Source of the DNA: a virus
Taxonomy: Duplodnaviria; Caudoviricetes
Virus record (IMG/VR): IMGVR_UViG_3300032116_000239
Span: 1-57,413 of that record
Strand: one strand, 5' to 3'
DNA: 57,413 nt
The notes beneath the pieces are model-generated. The model saw only the letters and a program-made list of their open reading frames with translations, ran no database searches and was not told the DNA's origin. Below, in pieces: positions 8,558 to 16,808 of this stretch. How positions within the stretch are numbered: the first letter of the stretch is position 1; every line of letters begins with the position of its first letter. A program made the position numbers and the translations under genes.

Positions 8558-9303
8558 CAGTCGATCTCCTCGTGGCTTACCAAATCAGGTTCCGCGCCGG
8601 GCAGCCACACCGCCGCAGAGTTGTGTTGTTCAATCCGAGAGGCAATGATTTCGGCGCGCTGGCCTGACGACGGCGGCACGTACATACCGAACCGTGACGT
8701 GGACCCAGCGTTCGACGCGGCGTTGGTGGAGTCCGCACTGGCCAACGGAAGCCGGGTGAACACCTTGGGGTTGAGCATGCGCAGTCCATGCAGCCGGCAC
8801 CACGGGCGGCCGTCTGCGTCGCAGATTGATCGCAAAGCCACGTCAACCCGGGCCCACCAAGGCGCGGTGCCCGGCGTGCGGTACTGCCCGCTTGACCCTA
8901 AAGCCACCGTGTCCCACTCCAAGGCCAGCATCTGGAGCCGCTCAACCGACTCATGCATGTGCCAGACCGGCACACCGCGAATGCGCTTCGGCCAAGCGCG
9001 CAGCAGCTCGTCGTTCTGCTCTTCAGACCCGTCAATGACGTCAGGGATCAACGCCCAATCGAAACCGGGGTGGCGCCGCCACTGATCGCACCAGCGGATG
9101 TAGCCGTCCACGTCAAGCTGGCCGCCCTGTTTCCACACAGTGAACGCGCCGTTGTCAAACACAAACGACTGGCATACGTCGGCCACAACGCCCATGTCGT
9201 CCTGTCTCGGGAACGGCACAAGCGCGTGACGACCACGCAAGAAGCGAACAAGATCCATGCGAGGGCCGCTCACCGGAGTGCCGTGGTAGTGGATCATTTC
9301 CAT
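8557..9303 (-). CDS. TGT/DpdA-like guanine transglycosylase-fold protein
   Basis: FVFDNGAF (cf. DSGxF), LIPDVI, VPVWH, VALGS, LHGL, SADST occur in TGT-barrel order. Adjacent to VUT and QueF-like genes. Confidence 0.7.
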   Translation of the reverse strand: MEMIHYHGTPVSGPRMDLVRFLRGRHALVPFPRQDDMGVVADVCQSFVFDNGAFTVWKQGGQLDVDGYIRWCDQWRRHPGFDWALIPDVIDGSEEQNDELLRAWPKRIRGVPVWHMHESVERLQMLALEWDTVALGSSGQYRTPGTAPWWARVDVALRSICDADGRPWCRLHGLRMLNPKVFTRLPLASADSTNAASNAGSTSRFGMYVPPSSGQRAEIIASRIEQHNSAAVWLPGAEPDLVSHEEID

Positions 9304-9767
9304 CTAGAGAACAACCACGCCCAAGCGGCGCCGCCGGCGGTCTTCGCCACGAACTGCGTCAGAACAACCCAAGGCATCAGCGCTCCAAAGGCCAATGTCG
9401 GGAACAGGACTGAATCGACCGCAGCCCCAGCGGTGTTGCTGCCAACACTGCGCCGCATCCATGACCCCGTCAGCCGGGCAAACACAGACCAGTCAGCAAG
9501 CGCAGCTACAAGGAAGCTGACCGAGCTGGCAATCGCAATTTGATCCGCGGCAGGGTTGAGCAACCATGTGAGCACGCCAGTTCCAACGATCAGCGTTGCC
9601 ATCTGCCAAGTGCGCAATCTGAAGTGCAGCCAATCGCGCAAGGCCAAGTCCAAACCGATCAGCAAGAAAGCGTTCACCGGCGTGACCGCCGGGCCAAACG
9701 CAACGACAAGGAGGTTTGCCGCAACCATTGCGGTGGCGTAAACAACCAGTGCAAAAACGACAGTCAT
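9294..9767 (-). CDS. VUT (Vut_1/YhhQ-like) queuosine-precursor transporter
   Basis: Hydrophobic 157 aa with AANLLV, LRDWLH, IAIASSVSFLVAALADW, SN..GAAVDSVLF.TLAFG, QFVAK signatures. Confidence 0.8.
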   Translation of the reverse strand: MTVVFALVVYATAMVAANLLVVAFGPAVTPVNAFLLIGLDLALRDWLHFRLRTWQMATLIVGTGVLTWLLNPAADQIAIASSVSFLVAALADWSVFARLTGSWMRRSVGSNTAGAAVDSVLFPTLAFGALMPWVVLTQFVAKTAGGAAWAWLFSRWK

Positions 9768-10003
9768 GGCCTGATGCTTTCAATCGTGACGCCGTGGTGT
9801 TCAGCCACGAGTTTCTGTTCGCCCCCGAACACCCGGAACAACTGATCCGCAATGTCCTCGTGGTAGCCCCGGTGATGCAAAGTCACCTCGTCGATGAGAT
9901 CCTCAACCTTGATCATTTGGTTGGTTTGGATCTCCAGGGCGTACCGAATCCGCACGCCGTTTTCCGGGCACACCGAAAAGAACTCAGTGCGATAGATGTT
10001 CAT
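9764..10003 (-). CDS. Minimal QueF/QueF-L-like T-fold protein
   Basis: TEFFSVCPENG (cf. EFTSxCPxTG, catalytic Cys), KVE, GYHEDIAD (cf. FHE), HHGV. Confidence 0.65.
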   Translation of the reverse strand: MNIYRTEFFSVCPENGVRIRYALEIQTNQMIKVEDLIDEVTLHHRGYHEDIADQLFRVFGGEQKLVAEHHGVTIESIRP

Positions 10004-12015
10004 CAGTCGATCTCCTTCATGTAGTACCGGGTCTCGAACCCGTCGCCGCGCAGCAGCAGGTCGGGCGCCCAGGCGATGGGCTGGCCGAGGACGGCCTCCA
10101 CATCGGCCAGGGAGCCGACCCCGTCTGCTGCCTCAATCACGATCTCGTCGTGGATCGTCATCAGTTGCTGGTAACCCCGCTCGTCCAGGCGCAGCATCGC
10201 CTCGCGCAGGCAGTCACGAGCGATGGCCTGCGTGACGTTCTCCACCAACTTGCCGCCGTAGCTGGACAGCCGGGTCCACTGCTTGGTCTTCTGGTCCAGG
10301 CCCTCGTAGGTCAAGCTGCCGGCCGAGGCGACGATGAAGCGGCCACCGTCAGCGGTCTCGCGGTACAGGTCCTCGGCCTCCAAGCGTGGCTTGACGTAGG
10401 CCAAGCGCCGGCCCGAGGGCAGGGTGATGAACAGGAACCCGCTCTCCCAGGCGAACACCAGCTTGGCGCGGCCGGCTGCGATCGGCAGGACCACCGTCGT
10501 GCGCTGACCCACTGCGAGCTTGGCTGCGCGCTCCATGGCGTACCAGAGCTCGACCACCTCGGGGTTGGCCTGGCGCCAGGCGTTCTTGATGTCCTCCAGC
10601 TCGTCCTCGGGCACACCCATCTCCAGCGCGCCCATGGTCTTGAGCGCGTTGGCGCCGCCCTGGTATCCGAGCGCGAGCTCGGCCACCTTGCCGCGTTGCC
10701 GATACGGGGACTTCTTGGTGACGGAGCCAGGCGGCAGCTTGAACATCTGCTCGGCCGACGCCTCGTAGATCTTGCCGTGGGTGGCGAACACCTCCAGCCG
10801 CCACGCGCACCACGCGAGCCACGCCACCACCCGGGCCTCGATCGCGGAGAAGTCCACGACGATGAACCGGTGGCCGGGCTCGGCGATGAACGCAGTGCGG
10901 ATCAGCTGGCTGAGCGTGTCGGCGGTGCCGAACAGCATCTCCAGGTCCTCGAACCGCCCGGCGATCACGAGCTCACGCGCGAGGTCCAGGTCGCGCAGCT
11001 TGTTCTGCGGCAGGTTCTGCACCTGCACCAGCCGCCCGGCCCAGCGCCCGGTGCGGTTGGCGCCGTAGAACTGCGTCAGCCCGCGCACGCGGTCGTCGCG
11101 GCACGCGGCGCGCTGCATGGCTTGGTACTTGGTCACACTGGTCTTGGCCAGCTCCTGGCGGATGCGCAGCACGCGCTGCACCGTCTGGCTGTCCGTGGCG
11201 GCCAGCAGCTTGGGCACCGACTTCTTGGTCAAGTCGGCCACCTCCTGCTCGGTCTCCTCTTCGAGCCAGGCGATGAGCTGGTCGCGGCTGTTGGGGTTGG
11301 TCAGCCCGGTCAGCGCCACCGCCTCGGACACGAGCATGGCCTTGATGCGCGCGTCGGCGGTGATCGCGTTGTCCACCAGCGTGCGGTGCACGCGGATGCC
11401 GCGGTTGTTCATCTTCTGGTCCAGGTGCCACAGCCGCCACTCCACCGCGGGCACGGGGAACTTCGACAGCCGCCGGGCCACCTCGCGCTCGGTCTCGACG
11501 TCGCGTGCGCAGTAGTCCTTGAACAGCTGCCACCGGGCCGGGTCGTGGTGCGGCAGGTTGCGCGTGCGCCCACCGTTGGTCTTGGTCGGCTTGCACGGGA
11601 TGCAGAAGTAGCGGATCAGCGCACCGCCCACGCCCATCTTCTGCTTGTCCTGGTCCAGCCCGAGCACGCGGCCGACGTCGCCCAGGCTGCCCGGCAGACC
11701 GAGGTAGAGCGAGTGCACCGACGTGCACTGCCACTGCGTGACGTCGAGCTGCAGGCCGAAGTGCTTGCTTATGCATGCCACCTCGAAGGCCGCGTTGAAG
11801 GCGGTCTTCGTCACCTCGGGGTCGGTCAGGTCGTGCAGCACATGCTGCGGCAGCGCCTGGCCCTGCAGCAGGTCCACGACGTTGACCGAGGAGTCACCGT
11901 AGGCGTAGCCGAACAGCGTGACCTCGAAGTCGTCGCTCTCCACGTAGCGGTGGACGCCGCATTTGCGCAGGTCCACGCTGCTGTAGGTCTCGATGTCGAT
12001 GCGTAGGGTTGTCAT
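10003..12015 (-). CDS. Family A DNA polymerase (APSE/SPO2-type)
   Basis: Exo motifs DIETYS and AFNAAFE; RTGRW; motif A DFSAIEAR; motif B RGKVAELALGY; motif C IHDEIV. Confidence 0.95.
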   Translation of the reverse strand: MTTLRIDIETYSSVDLRKCGVHRYVESDDFEVTLFGYAYGDSSVNVVDLLQGQALPQHVLHDLTDPEVTKTAFNAAFEVACISKHFGLQLDVTQWQCTSVHSLYLGLPGSLGDVGRVLGLDQDKQKMGVGGALIRYFCIPCKPTKTNGGRTRNLPHHDPARWQLFKDYCARDVETEREVARRLSKFPVPAVEWRLWHLDQKMNNRGIRVHRTLVDNAITADARIKAMLVSEAVALTGLTNPNSRDQLIAWLEEETEQEVADLTKKSVPKLLAATDSQTVQRVLRIRQELAKTSVTKYQAMQRAACRDDRVRGLTQFYGANRTGRWAGRLVQVQNLPQNKLRDLDLARELVIAGRFEDLEMLFGTADTLSQLIRTAFIAEPGHRFIVVDFSAIEARVVAWLAWCAWRLEVFATHGKIYEASAEQMFKLPPGSVTKKSPYRQRGKVAELALGYQGGANALKTMGALEMGVPEDELEDIKNAWRQANPEVVELWYAMERAAKLAVGQRTTVVLPIAAGRAKLVFAWESGFLFITLPSGRRLAYVKPRLEAEDLYRETADGGRFIVASAGSLTYEGLDQKTKQWTRLSSYGGKLVENVTQAIARDCLREAMLRLDERGYQQLMTIHDEIVIEAADGVGSLADVEAVLGQPIAWAPDLLLRGDGFETRYYMKEID

Positions 12016-12019
12016 GTGT

Positions 12020-12058
12020 CCTCTTCGGTGAGGGCCCAACAGGCGCTCACCGAAAAGG
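12020..12058 (-). promoter_or_regulatory. Hairpin overlapping the DNA polymerase RBS
   Basis: Minus strand CCTTTTCGGTGAGCGCC-TGTTG-GGCCCTCACCGAAGAGG, then ACAC-ATG. Confidence 0.55.
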
Positions 12059-12086
12059 GCCCCGGGTGGGGCACCTCAGGGGTTGA

Positions 12087-12320
12087 TCACTCGGTGCGCC
12101 AGACGCGCACGCCGCCGTCGACCTTGCGCACGGTGAACTTGCGACCCAGCTGCTTGGCGGCGGTCGTAGCCCCGCGGCTCACGCTCGCTGCGCGAGCCTT
12201 CTGGTCAGCAGCTGCGGCCTCAACAAGGAAGCTGTCACCCACGGCCATGCTGGGCCAGGGGTACTTGCTGACGCGCGTGCGCAGCGGGGGCACAGGGACG
12301 CCTTTGTCGATCGTGATCAT
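12087..12320 (-). CDS. Small phage DNA-binding-like protein
   Basis: IDKGVPVP...KYPWPSMAVGDSFLV...GVRVWR, a widespread small phage family. Confidence 0.75.
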   Translation of the reverse strand: MITIDKGVPVPPLRTRVSKYPWPSMAVGDSFLVEAAAADQKARAASVSRGATTAAKQLGRKFTVRKVDGGVRVWRTE

Positions 12321-12847
12321 GCGAGGAACTCCTCTTGCACTGCGGTGAAGTCGTCTTCGGCGCGGCTGCGGCCCGACAAGGGCTCGCCGTCGGCCACCTT
12401 CTGGACGTTGCCAAGGCCCGCAGCGACGCCGCGGTTGCCGTTCTGGTTGTAGGCGTAGAAGTTGATCGACACGCGGCCGTAGCAGCCGCTGTACACCTCG
12501 TCGGCGTTCAGGATCGGCTGCACGCTGGCATCGACCACCTGGGGACGCTGCTTGCTGGTGGCGTTGATGAACCAATGCCCGCGGTACTCGGGGCTGTCGC
12601 GCTCGACGTCACCGTCGCGCAGCGGCACCTTCAGGCCCGGGGGCACCTTACCGCCCCAAGTAGGCTTCCCAGCCTCCTTGGCGGCCTCGATCGCCGCCTT
12701 GATCTTGTTGACCGTGGCGGTATCAGTTTTTGGCACCAAGACACACACGCTGTACTTGGGCTCTTGGCCCTCGTTCTGCGCGCGTGGCTGGAACAGGTTG
12801 ACGTAGGACAAACGGGCCTTGCCCGTGACGATCTTCGTTGCGCTCAT
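12317..12847 (-). CDS. ssDNA-binding protein (DUF2815, T7 gp2.5-like)
   Basis: RLSYVNLF, KYSV, PLRDGD, VYSGCYGR, GLGNVQK; acidic tail. Confidence 0.9.
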   Translation of the reverse strand: MSATKIVTGKARLSYVNLFQPRAQNEGQEPKYSVCVLVPKTDTATVNKIKAAIEAAKEAGKPTWGGKVPPGLKVPLRDGDVERDSPEYRGHWFINATSKQRPQVVDASVQPILNADEVYSGCYGRVSINFYAYNQNGNRGVAAGLGNVQKVADGEPLSGRSRAEDDFTAVQEEFLA

Positions 12848-12861
12848 CTGGAGCTCCTTGA

Positions 12862-14040
12862 TTACGAAAAGTCCGCCGCAGCTGATGCGACGGAATTGAG
12901 AGCCGGCCTCTTGTCAGAGTCCGGCACAAGCGTGGGCTTGCCTTGCGGCTTGACCACGAGATCGCTGATCAGCTCAGCGAATACCTTCTTACCCAGCGCC
13001 TTCTCCATGGCCGTGATGCCGAGGAGGCTGCGTTCGTAGATCACTTCCGCGGGGATCCCGGCGGCGATCAGCTTCGCGGCCACCTGGTCGTGGTCCACGT
13101 ACTTGCGGTTGGCCCGACCCTCGACCAGCTTGAAGCCGGGCACGGTGTGGCCGGTCTCGGCCTGCGACAGGGCGTAGGTCTTGACGTCCTGCAGCCAGGC
13201 GATGGCCTCATCGGCGCGCGGTAGGATCGCGGCTATCTGGTCAACGGTGAGCAGTTCTGGAGGGGTGAACTCGCGCTTGGCCAGGGCCAGGTTGTGCTGC
13301 GCCCGAGCTGCGCAGGTGTAGCGCGCCTTGCAGAACCCCGACGTGCAGTGCTCGCCGGCCACGAACTCGCCAGCCCCGTCCCACGCCAGCGTGGCGCGCG
13401 GGCGCACGTAGTCGTCGGCCCACCGGGTCAGCTCGTCGACGGTCAGCTCCTCGCTGCTGTAGTTGCCGAGCCGCGGCTGCAGGACGGTGGTCTTCACAGA
13501 CCGCGCGTCGAACAGGTGACCCAGCTGGTGCAGCGCGCCGAGCGCGTACAGGCGCATCTGGCTGTTGTCGATCGCGCTGACCGGCACGCCCTTGCCACCC
13601 TTGAGATCGAGCGCATGAAGGCACTGGTCGCTGACGATCACCAGGTCGCCGGTGCCGAACCCCTCGGGCACCCACGGGCTGAAGTCCAGGCGCTGCTCCA
13701 GCAGCACGATGCAGTCCGGTGTGTCCTTGCGCGCTTGCTCGATCACGTTCTCAGCAAACGCCACCGCCTCGCGCACCGCCTCGTCCAGCTCGGCTGTCCA
13801 GAACCCGTCGGCATGCAGTCGCCCGAGGCGGTCCTCGAACTCCTGCGCAGTAATGCGCTGCAAGTAGTTGAGCAGCAGCAACTCGAAGAGCTCGTGCATG
13901 AACGTGCCCTCAGCCGCGAAGGTTGAGCGCTCGTCCGGGAACTGCTCTTCCAGCCTGGCGCTGGGGCTGCAGGTCAGCCACTTCTTGGAGCCGCTGGCGC
14001 TGAGCTTGGCGTGCAGCTTCACGACGGCGGTGCTGCTCAT
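12862..14040 (-). CDS. DUF2800 Cas4-like PD-(D/E)xK exonuclease
   Basis: HAKLSASG..W..C, EGT..H, EQRLDFS, GFGTGD, DLKGGKG, QMRLYALG, C-terminal Cys cluster. Confidence 0.9.
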   Translation of the reverse strand: MSSTAVVKLHAKLSASGSKKWLTCSPSARLEEQFPDERSTFAAEGTFMHELFELLLLNYLQRITAQEFEDRLGRLHADGFWTAELDEAVREAVAFAENVIEQARKDTPDCIVLLEQRLDFSPWVPEGFGTGDLVIVSDQCLHALDLKGGKGVPVSAIDNSQMRLYALGALHQLGHLFDARSVKTTVLQPRLGNYSSEELTVDELTRWADDYVRPRATLAWDGAGEFVAGEHCTSGFCKARYTCAARAQHNLALAKREFTPPELLTVDQIAAILPRADEAIAWLQDVKTYALSQAETGHTVPGFKLVEGRANRKYVDHDQVAAKLIAAGIPAEVIYERSLLGITAMEKALGKKVFAELISDLVVKPQGKPTLVPDSDKRPALNSVASAAADFS

Positions 14041-14258
14041 ACCGGCGCGCCTTCGATGTCGCCCTTGGGGACCTCGCGCATGAACCACTGCGCAGCGGCC
14101 TCGCTGATCTGCTGCGCGTGGGCGGCGATGTACGAGGCCACGATCAGGGCCGCCGTCGGCGCGGGCAGATCGGCGCCTGGCTCATGGCCGTCGATGCGGC
14201 CTTCCATGTTCAACGTGCCCTCAGGCCCGTCGGTGATGGTCACGATGCAGGTAGTCAC
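14037..14258 (-). CDS. Hypothetical protein
   Basis: 73 aa, translationally coupled. Confidence 0.6.
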   Translation of the reverse strand: MTTCIVTITDGPEGTLNMEGRIDGHEPGADLPAPTAALIVASYIAAHAQQISEAAAQWFMREVPKGDIEGAPV

Positions 14259-14755
14259 AGGGCGCTCGCCTTCTCCAGCAGCTGCTGGTACTGGGTCGGG
14301 GGGATGTCGCTCAGCTTCGCGGCGCCGAGCTCGGCCATCAGGGCCTTGACTTCGGCGGCCTTGCCGGCGCGGCTGATCTCGGCGAGCTTGGCGCGCACGT
14401 CCTCAAGGCTGAGGGTCGGTGCGGCCGGCGCAGCCGGGGCAAGGATGGGCTCCGCAGGGGTCGGGGCCGGCTCGGGCTCGACGGGAGGGGGTGGCTGGAC
14501 AGGGGTGTCCACTTGCTGGACAGGGGTGTCCACTTGCTCAGGCTCGGCGTCCTTCACCTTGGGCGGGCGGCCGCGCTTCTTGGCCGGCTCCTCCGGGGTG
14601 ACGGTGATGGTGCCGGTCTGGGCCAGCGCGCTGATGGCCTCGGGGTTGAAGGCCATCGCCTCCTGGCTGCGGCGCAGGTCGGCCAGGCGCGCGACGGCGT
14701 CGGCCACCACCTGCAGTTCGGCGGCGTCAGCCACCGTCAGGGTGATCTCGATCAT
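14255..14755 (-). CDS. Pro-rich hypothetical protein typical upstream of DUF2800
   Basis: C-terminal LEDVRAKL...G..KLSDI...Y..LL module and an AT-hook-like KKRGRPPK. Confidence 0.75.
   Translation of the reverse strand: MIEITLTVADAAELQVVADAVARLADLRRSQEAMAFNPEAISALAQTGTITVTPEEPAKKRGRPPKVKDAEPEQVDTPVQQVDTPVQPPPPVEPEPAPTPAEPILAPAAPAAPTLSLEDVRAKLAEISRAGKAAEVKALMAELGAAKLSDIPPTQYQQLLEKASAL
14494..14538. repeat. 21-bp tandem duplication, each unit containing the palindrome TGGACA-N4-TGTCCA
   Basis: GCTGGACAGGGGTGTCCACTT x2. Confidence 0.9.
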
Positions 14756-14891
14756 GTGTGGGTCTTTCAGATGGGTCGGTGAGGATGAGGAACCGGGTGA
14801 GCAGCTCCTGCATCAGCGGATTGGGTTGGGTGAAGAGCTCATCGGCCACGAGCCGGATGAGCTCCTCGTCGGTCAGCGCCCAGTGGGTCAC
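14727..14891 (-). CDS. Small hypothetical protein
   Basis: GTG start overlapping the upstream stop; MTHWALTDEELIRLV...; read manually. Confidence 0.45.
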   Translation of the reverse strand: MTHWALTDEELIRLVADELFTQPNPLMQELLTRFLILTDPSERPTHDRDHPDGG

Positions 14892-15121
14892 CACCGGGCC
14901 TCGGGCGCGGTCTCGATGGACTCGCTCAGCACCCGCTTGGCCTCCTTGCGCCGTGCTTCGACGACGCGAGGATCGAGCATGCCGAACGGCCAGTTGGGGT
15001 CGACCTTGTAGAACAGCCGACGGATGTCGGTGCCTGCGGCCGGGGTGTAGACGAAACCGGGATCGTCAAAGCGCACCGAGGGCTCGGTGCGGCGTGCTAC
15101 TTGCACTTCCATGTATGCCAC
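14888..15121 (-). CDS. Hypothetical protein
   Basis: First gene after the putative pL. FVYTPAAGTDIRR motif. True start may be the ATG at 15112. Confidence 0.6.
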   Translation of the reverse strand: MAYMEVQVARRTEPSVRFDDPGFVYTPAAGTDIRRLFYKVDPNWPFGMLDPRVVEARRKEAKRVLSESIETAPEARW

Positions 15122-15132
15122 CTCTCTTTTTG

Positions 15133-15199
15133 TGCAGCGCTACTTGCTGCTGGTGGCGAGTTTAGCTTGCGTCTGCGAACAAACGCAAGCGCTACTTAC
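15133..15199 (-). promoter_or_regulatory. Putative leftward early promoter with three operator-like sites
   Basis: TTGCGT-18-TAAACT on the minus strand. G(N)WAG-N5-CTW(N)C-like sites at 15133, 15156 and 15185. Confidence 0.55.
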
Positions 15200-15221
15200 A
15201 TACGGGAAAACCCGGAGGGGA

Positions 15222-15749
15222 TCAGGTGCGCAGGATCTCGACGACCTTGGCCAGGGCGTCGGTAGGCGAGGCCACCGCGTGCAGGTTGGCCGCAGCGGAC
15301 CCGACCAGGATCAGGTGGGCCTTGCTGGGGTCAGCGTGCTGCGCCAGGCGCTGCAGCTTGTGCACGAGGTGCTCGGGGGTGGCGGCGAAGACGAACAGGT
15401 GCCCGTGCTGCTCCAGGTCGGGCAGGACGTCGGGCGGGGGAGCGGCCTGCGGCAAAGTGGGAGCGTTGGCGGCCACAGGGCCGTGCTCTCCGAACTCGCT
15501 CGTCAGGCGCCAGATGGCGTTGAGGTCTGAGGCGTCGTTGAGCAGCCACTCCAAGGGCACGCGGGTGACGGAGGCGATCTTGACGACGTGCTCGGTGGTG
15601 GGCTTCGTCCGGTGCTCCGGCTCGGCCGCCTCCCACAGCGCAACGGCGCCTCGCGACACGCCGACCTTGTCGGCGAGGTCCTGTTGTGTCATGTCGGCGA
15701 CGCGGCGCGCCTGCCGGAGTCGTTGCCACAGCTCAGTGATCGGTGCCAT
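15222..15749 (-). CDS. cI: CI-like XRE-family repressor
   Basis: RLRQARRVADMTQQDLADKVGVSRGAVALWE HTH; divergent from a Cro-like gene. Confidence 0.85.
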   Translation of the reverse strand: MAPITELWQRLRQARRVADMTQQDLADKVGVSRGAVALWEAAEPEHRTKPTTEHVVKIASVTRVPLEWLLNDASDLNAIWRLTSEFGEHGPVAANAPTLPQAAPPPDVLPDLEQHGHLFVFAATPEHLVHKLQRLAQHADPSKAHLILVGSAAANLHAVASPTDALAKVVEILRT

Positions 15750-15886
15750 GACAGGATAGTGCAAGTGTGGGTAGCTAATTGCAAGCGTGTGCATGTGGGA
15801 AATGAGACAGCGGTGGACCCTGACGGGAGTCTGCAGATGCGTTGCAGGGGTGTCGAGGAAATCGTTCACCCGCTGCCGACAGGGTC

Positions 15887-15914
15887 TTGACCGCGATGAA
15901 AGCGCCGCTATCAT
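15887..15914 (+). promoter_or_regulatory. Putative pR promoter for cro with overlapping operator
   Basis: TTGACC-16-TATCAT; GAAAG-CGCCG-CTATC at 15898-15912. Confidence 0.55.
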
Positions 15915-15923
15915 CTGGCCCCC

Positions 15924-16151
15924 ATGGACTTGCAAAACATCATCCGCCGGTTAGGCGGACCAGCGGCGGTAGGCCGCGTGCTTGGCGTGCGCTCGCAGGC
16001 GGTCAGCCTGTGGGTGGCCAAGAACAGAGTACCCATTGACCGTGTGCCGGCGCTGGTGGCGCTGGGCCGGGCGTTGGGCGTGGACCTGAAGCCAGAGGAC
16101 CTGCGGCCGGACGTCCAATGGGCTGCTCTGCGGTGCGAGGTGTGCGCATGA
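15924..16151 (+). CDS. cro: Cro/YdaS-like regulator
   Basis: LGGPAAVGRVLGVRSQAVSLW...VP..R...EDLRPDV.W. Confidence 0.85.
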   Translation: MDLQNIIRRLGGPAAVGRVLGVRSQAVSLWVAKNRVPIDRVPALVALGRALGVDLKPEDLRPDVQWAALRCEVCA

Positions 16152-16360
16152 GCGCGCTGCGTGAAGCCGCTCAGCAGGCGGTCGAGGCCATCGAGGAGGG
16201 GCTGTCCTTCGCACACCTGGACAACGTCGTGGCGCCAGCGCTGAGAGCGGCGCTGGAGCGCCAGCTCACGATCGAGGAGATCGAGGAGCTCTGGACTCAG
16301 ACGGGCTACACCGGACGCGCTCCGCTTGGTTTCGCACGGGCGCTGGCCCGGATGCTATGA
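16148..16360 (+). CDS. Hypothetical protein
   Basis: ATGA overlap with cro; LREAAQQA...LTIEEI...FARA. Confidence 0.65.
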   Translation: MSALREAAQQAVEAIEEGLSFAHLDNVVAPALRAALERQLTIEEIEELWTQTGYTGRAPLGFARALARML

Positions 16361-16551
16361 CCGAGCTGCGTCTGGAGCTCAGCCGGGAGGCGCTGGAGGC
16401 TATCGTGCGTGGGGAGGAGCTGGTGCTGGACCTGATCGACGAGGATCTGCGCGTGTTCCTGGCCTGCGATCAGGTGACCCTGGAGCACTTCGCATCCGCC
16501 GTGCAGCGGGCCATGCTGCACCTGCTGCCGGTGGGCGACAGCAAACATTGA
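16357..16551 (+). CDS. Hypothetical protein
   Basis: 64 aa, coupled. Confidence 0.6.
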   Translation: MTELRLELSREALEAIVRGEELVLDLIDEDLRVFLACDQVTLEHFASAVQRAMLHLLPVGDSKH

Positions 16552-16601
16552 TCACCGTGCCGGCCGGTCTGCCGGTGACTTGACCTGAAAGAGGAGAGGC
16601 T

Positions 16602-16808
16602 GTGAGTTTGCAACGACAAGAGTATTTTGAGGACCTGGTGAACGACGCGCTGGTGGTGCTTGAGCGGCGCTGGCCCGAGCACGACGTGGCCGATCAGCCG
16701 GAGGTGGTGGCGGCGCTGATCGTGAGCGACGCTCTGAACGGCATGCGCAAGAGCATGCTGGACCTGAGCGAGGCTGTGCGCTCCGTCGGGCGGACCCGGC
16801 TGGGGTGA
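16602..16808 (+). CDS. Hypothetical protein
   Basis: 68 aa with a GAGGAG RBS. Confidence 0.65.
   Translation: MSLQRQEYFEDLVNDALVVLERRWPEHDVADQPEVVAALIVSDALNGMRKSMLDLSEAVRSVGRTRLG

Noticed and set aside
12862-14040. Cas4 as part of a CRISPR-Cas system
   Set aside because: It is the usual DUF2800 nuclease of the DUF2800-DUF2815-PolA replication module; there are no other cas genes or array.
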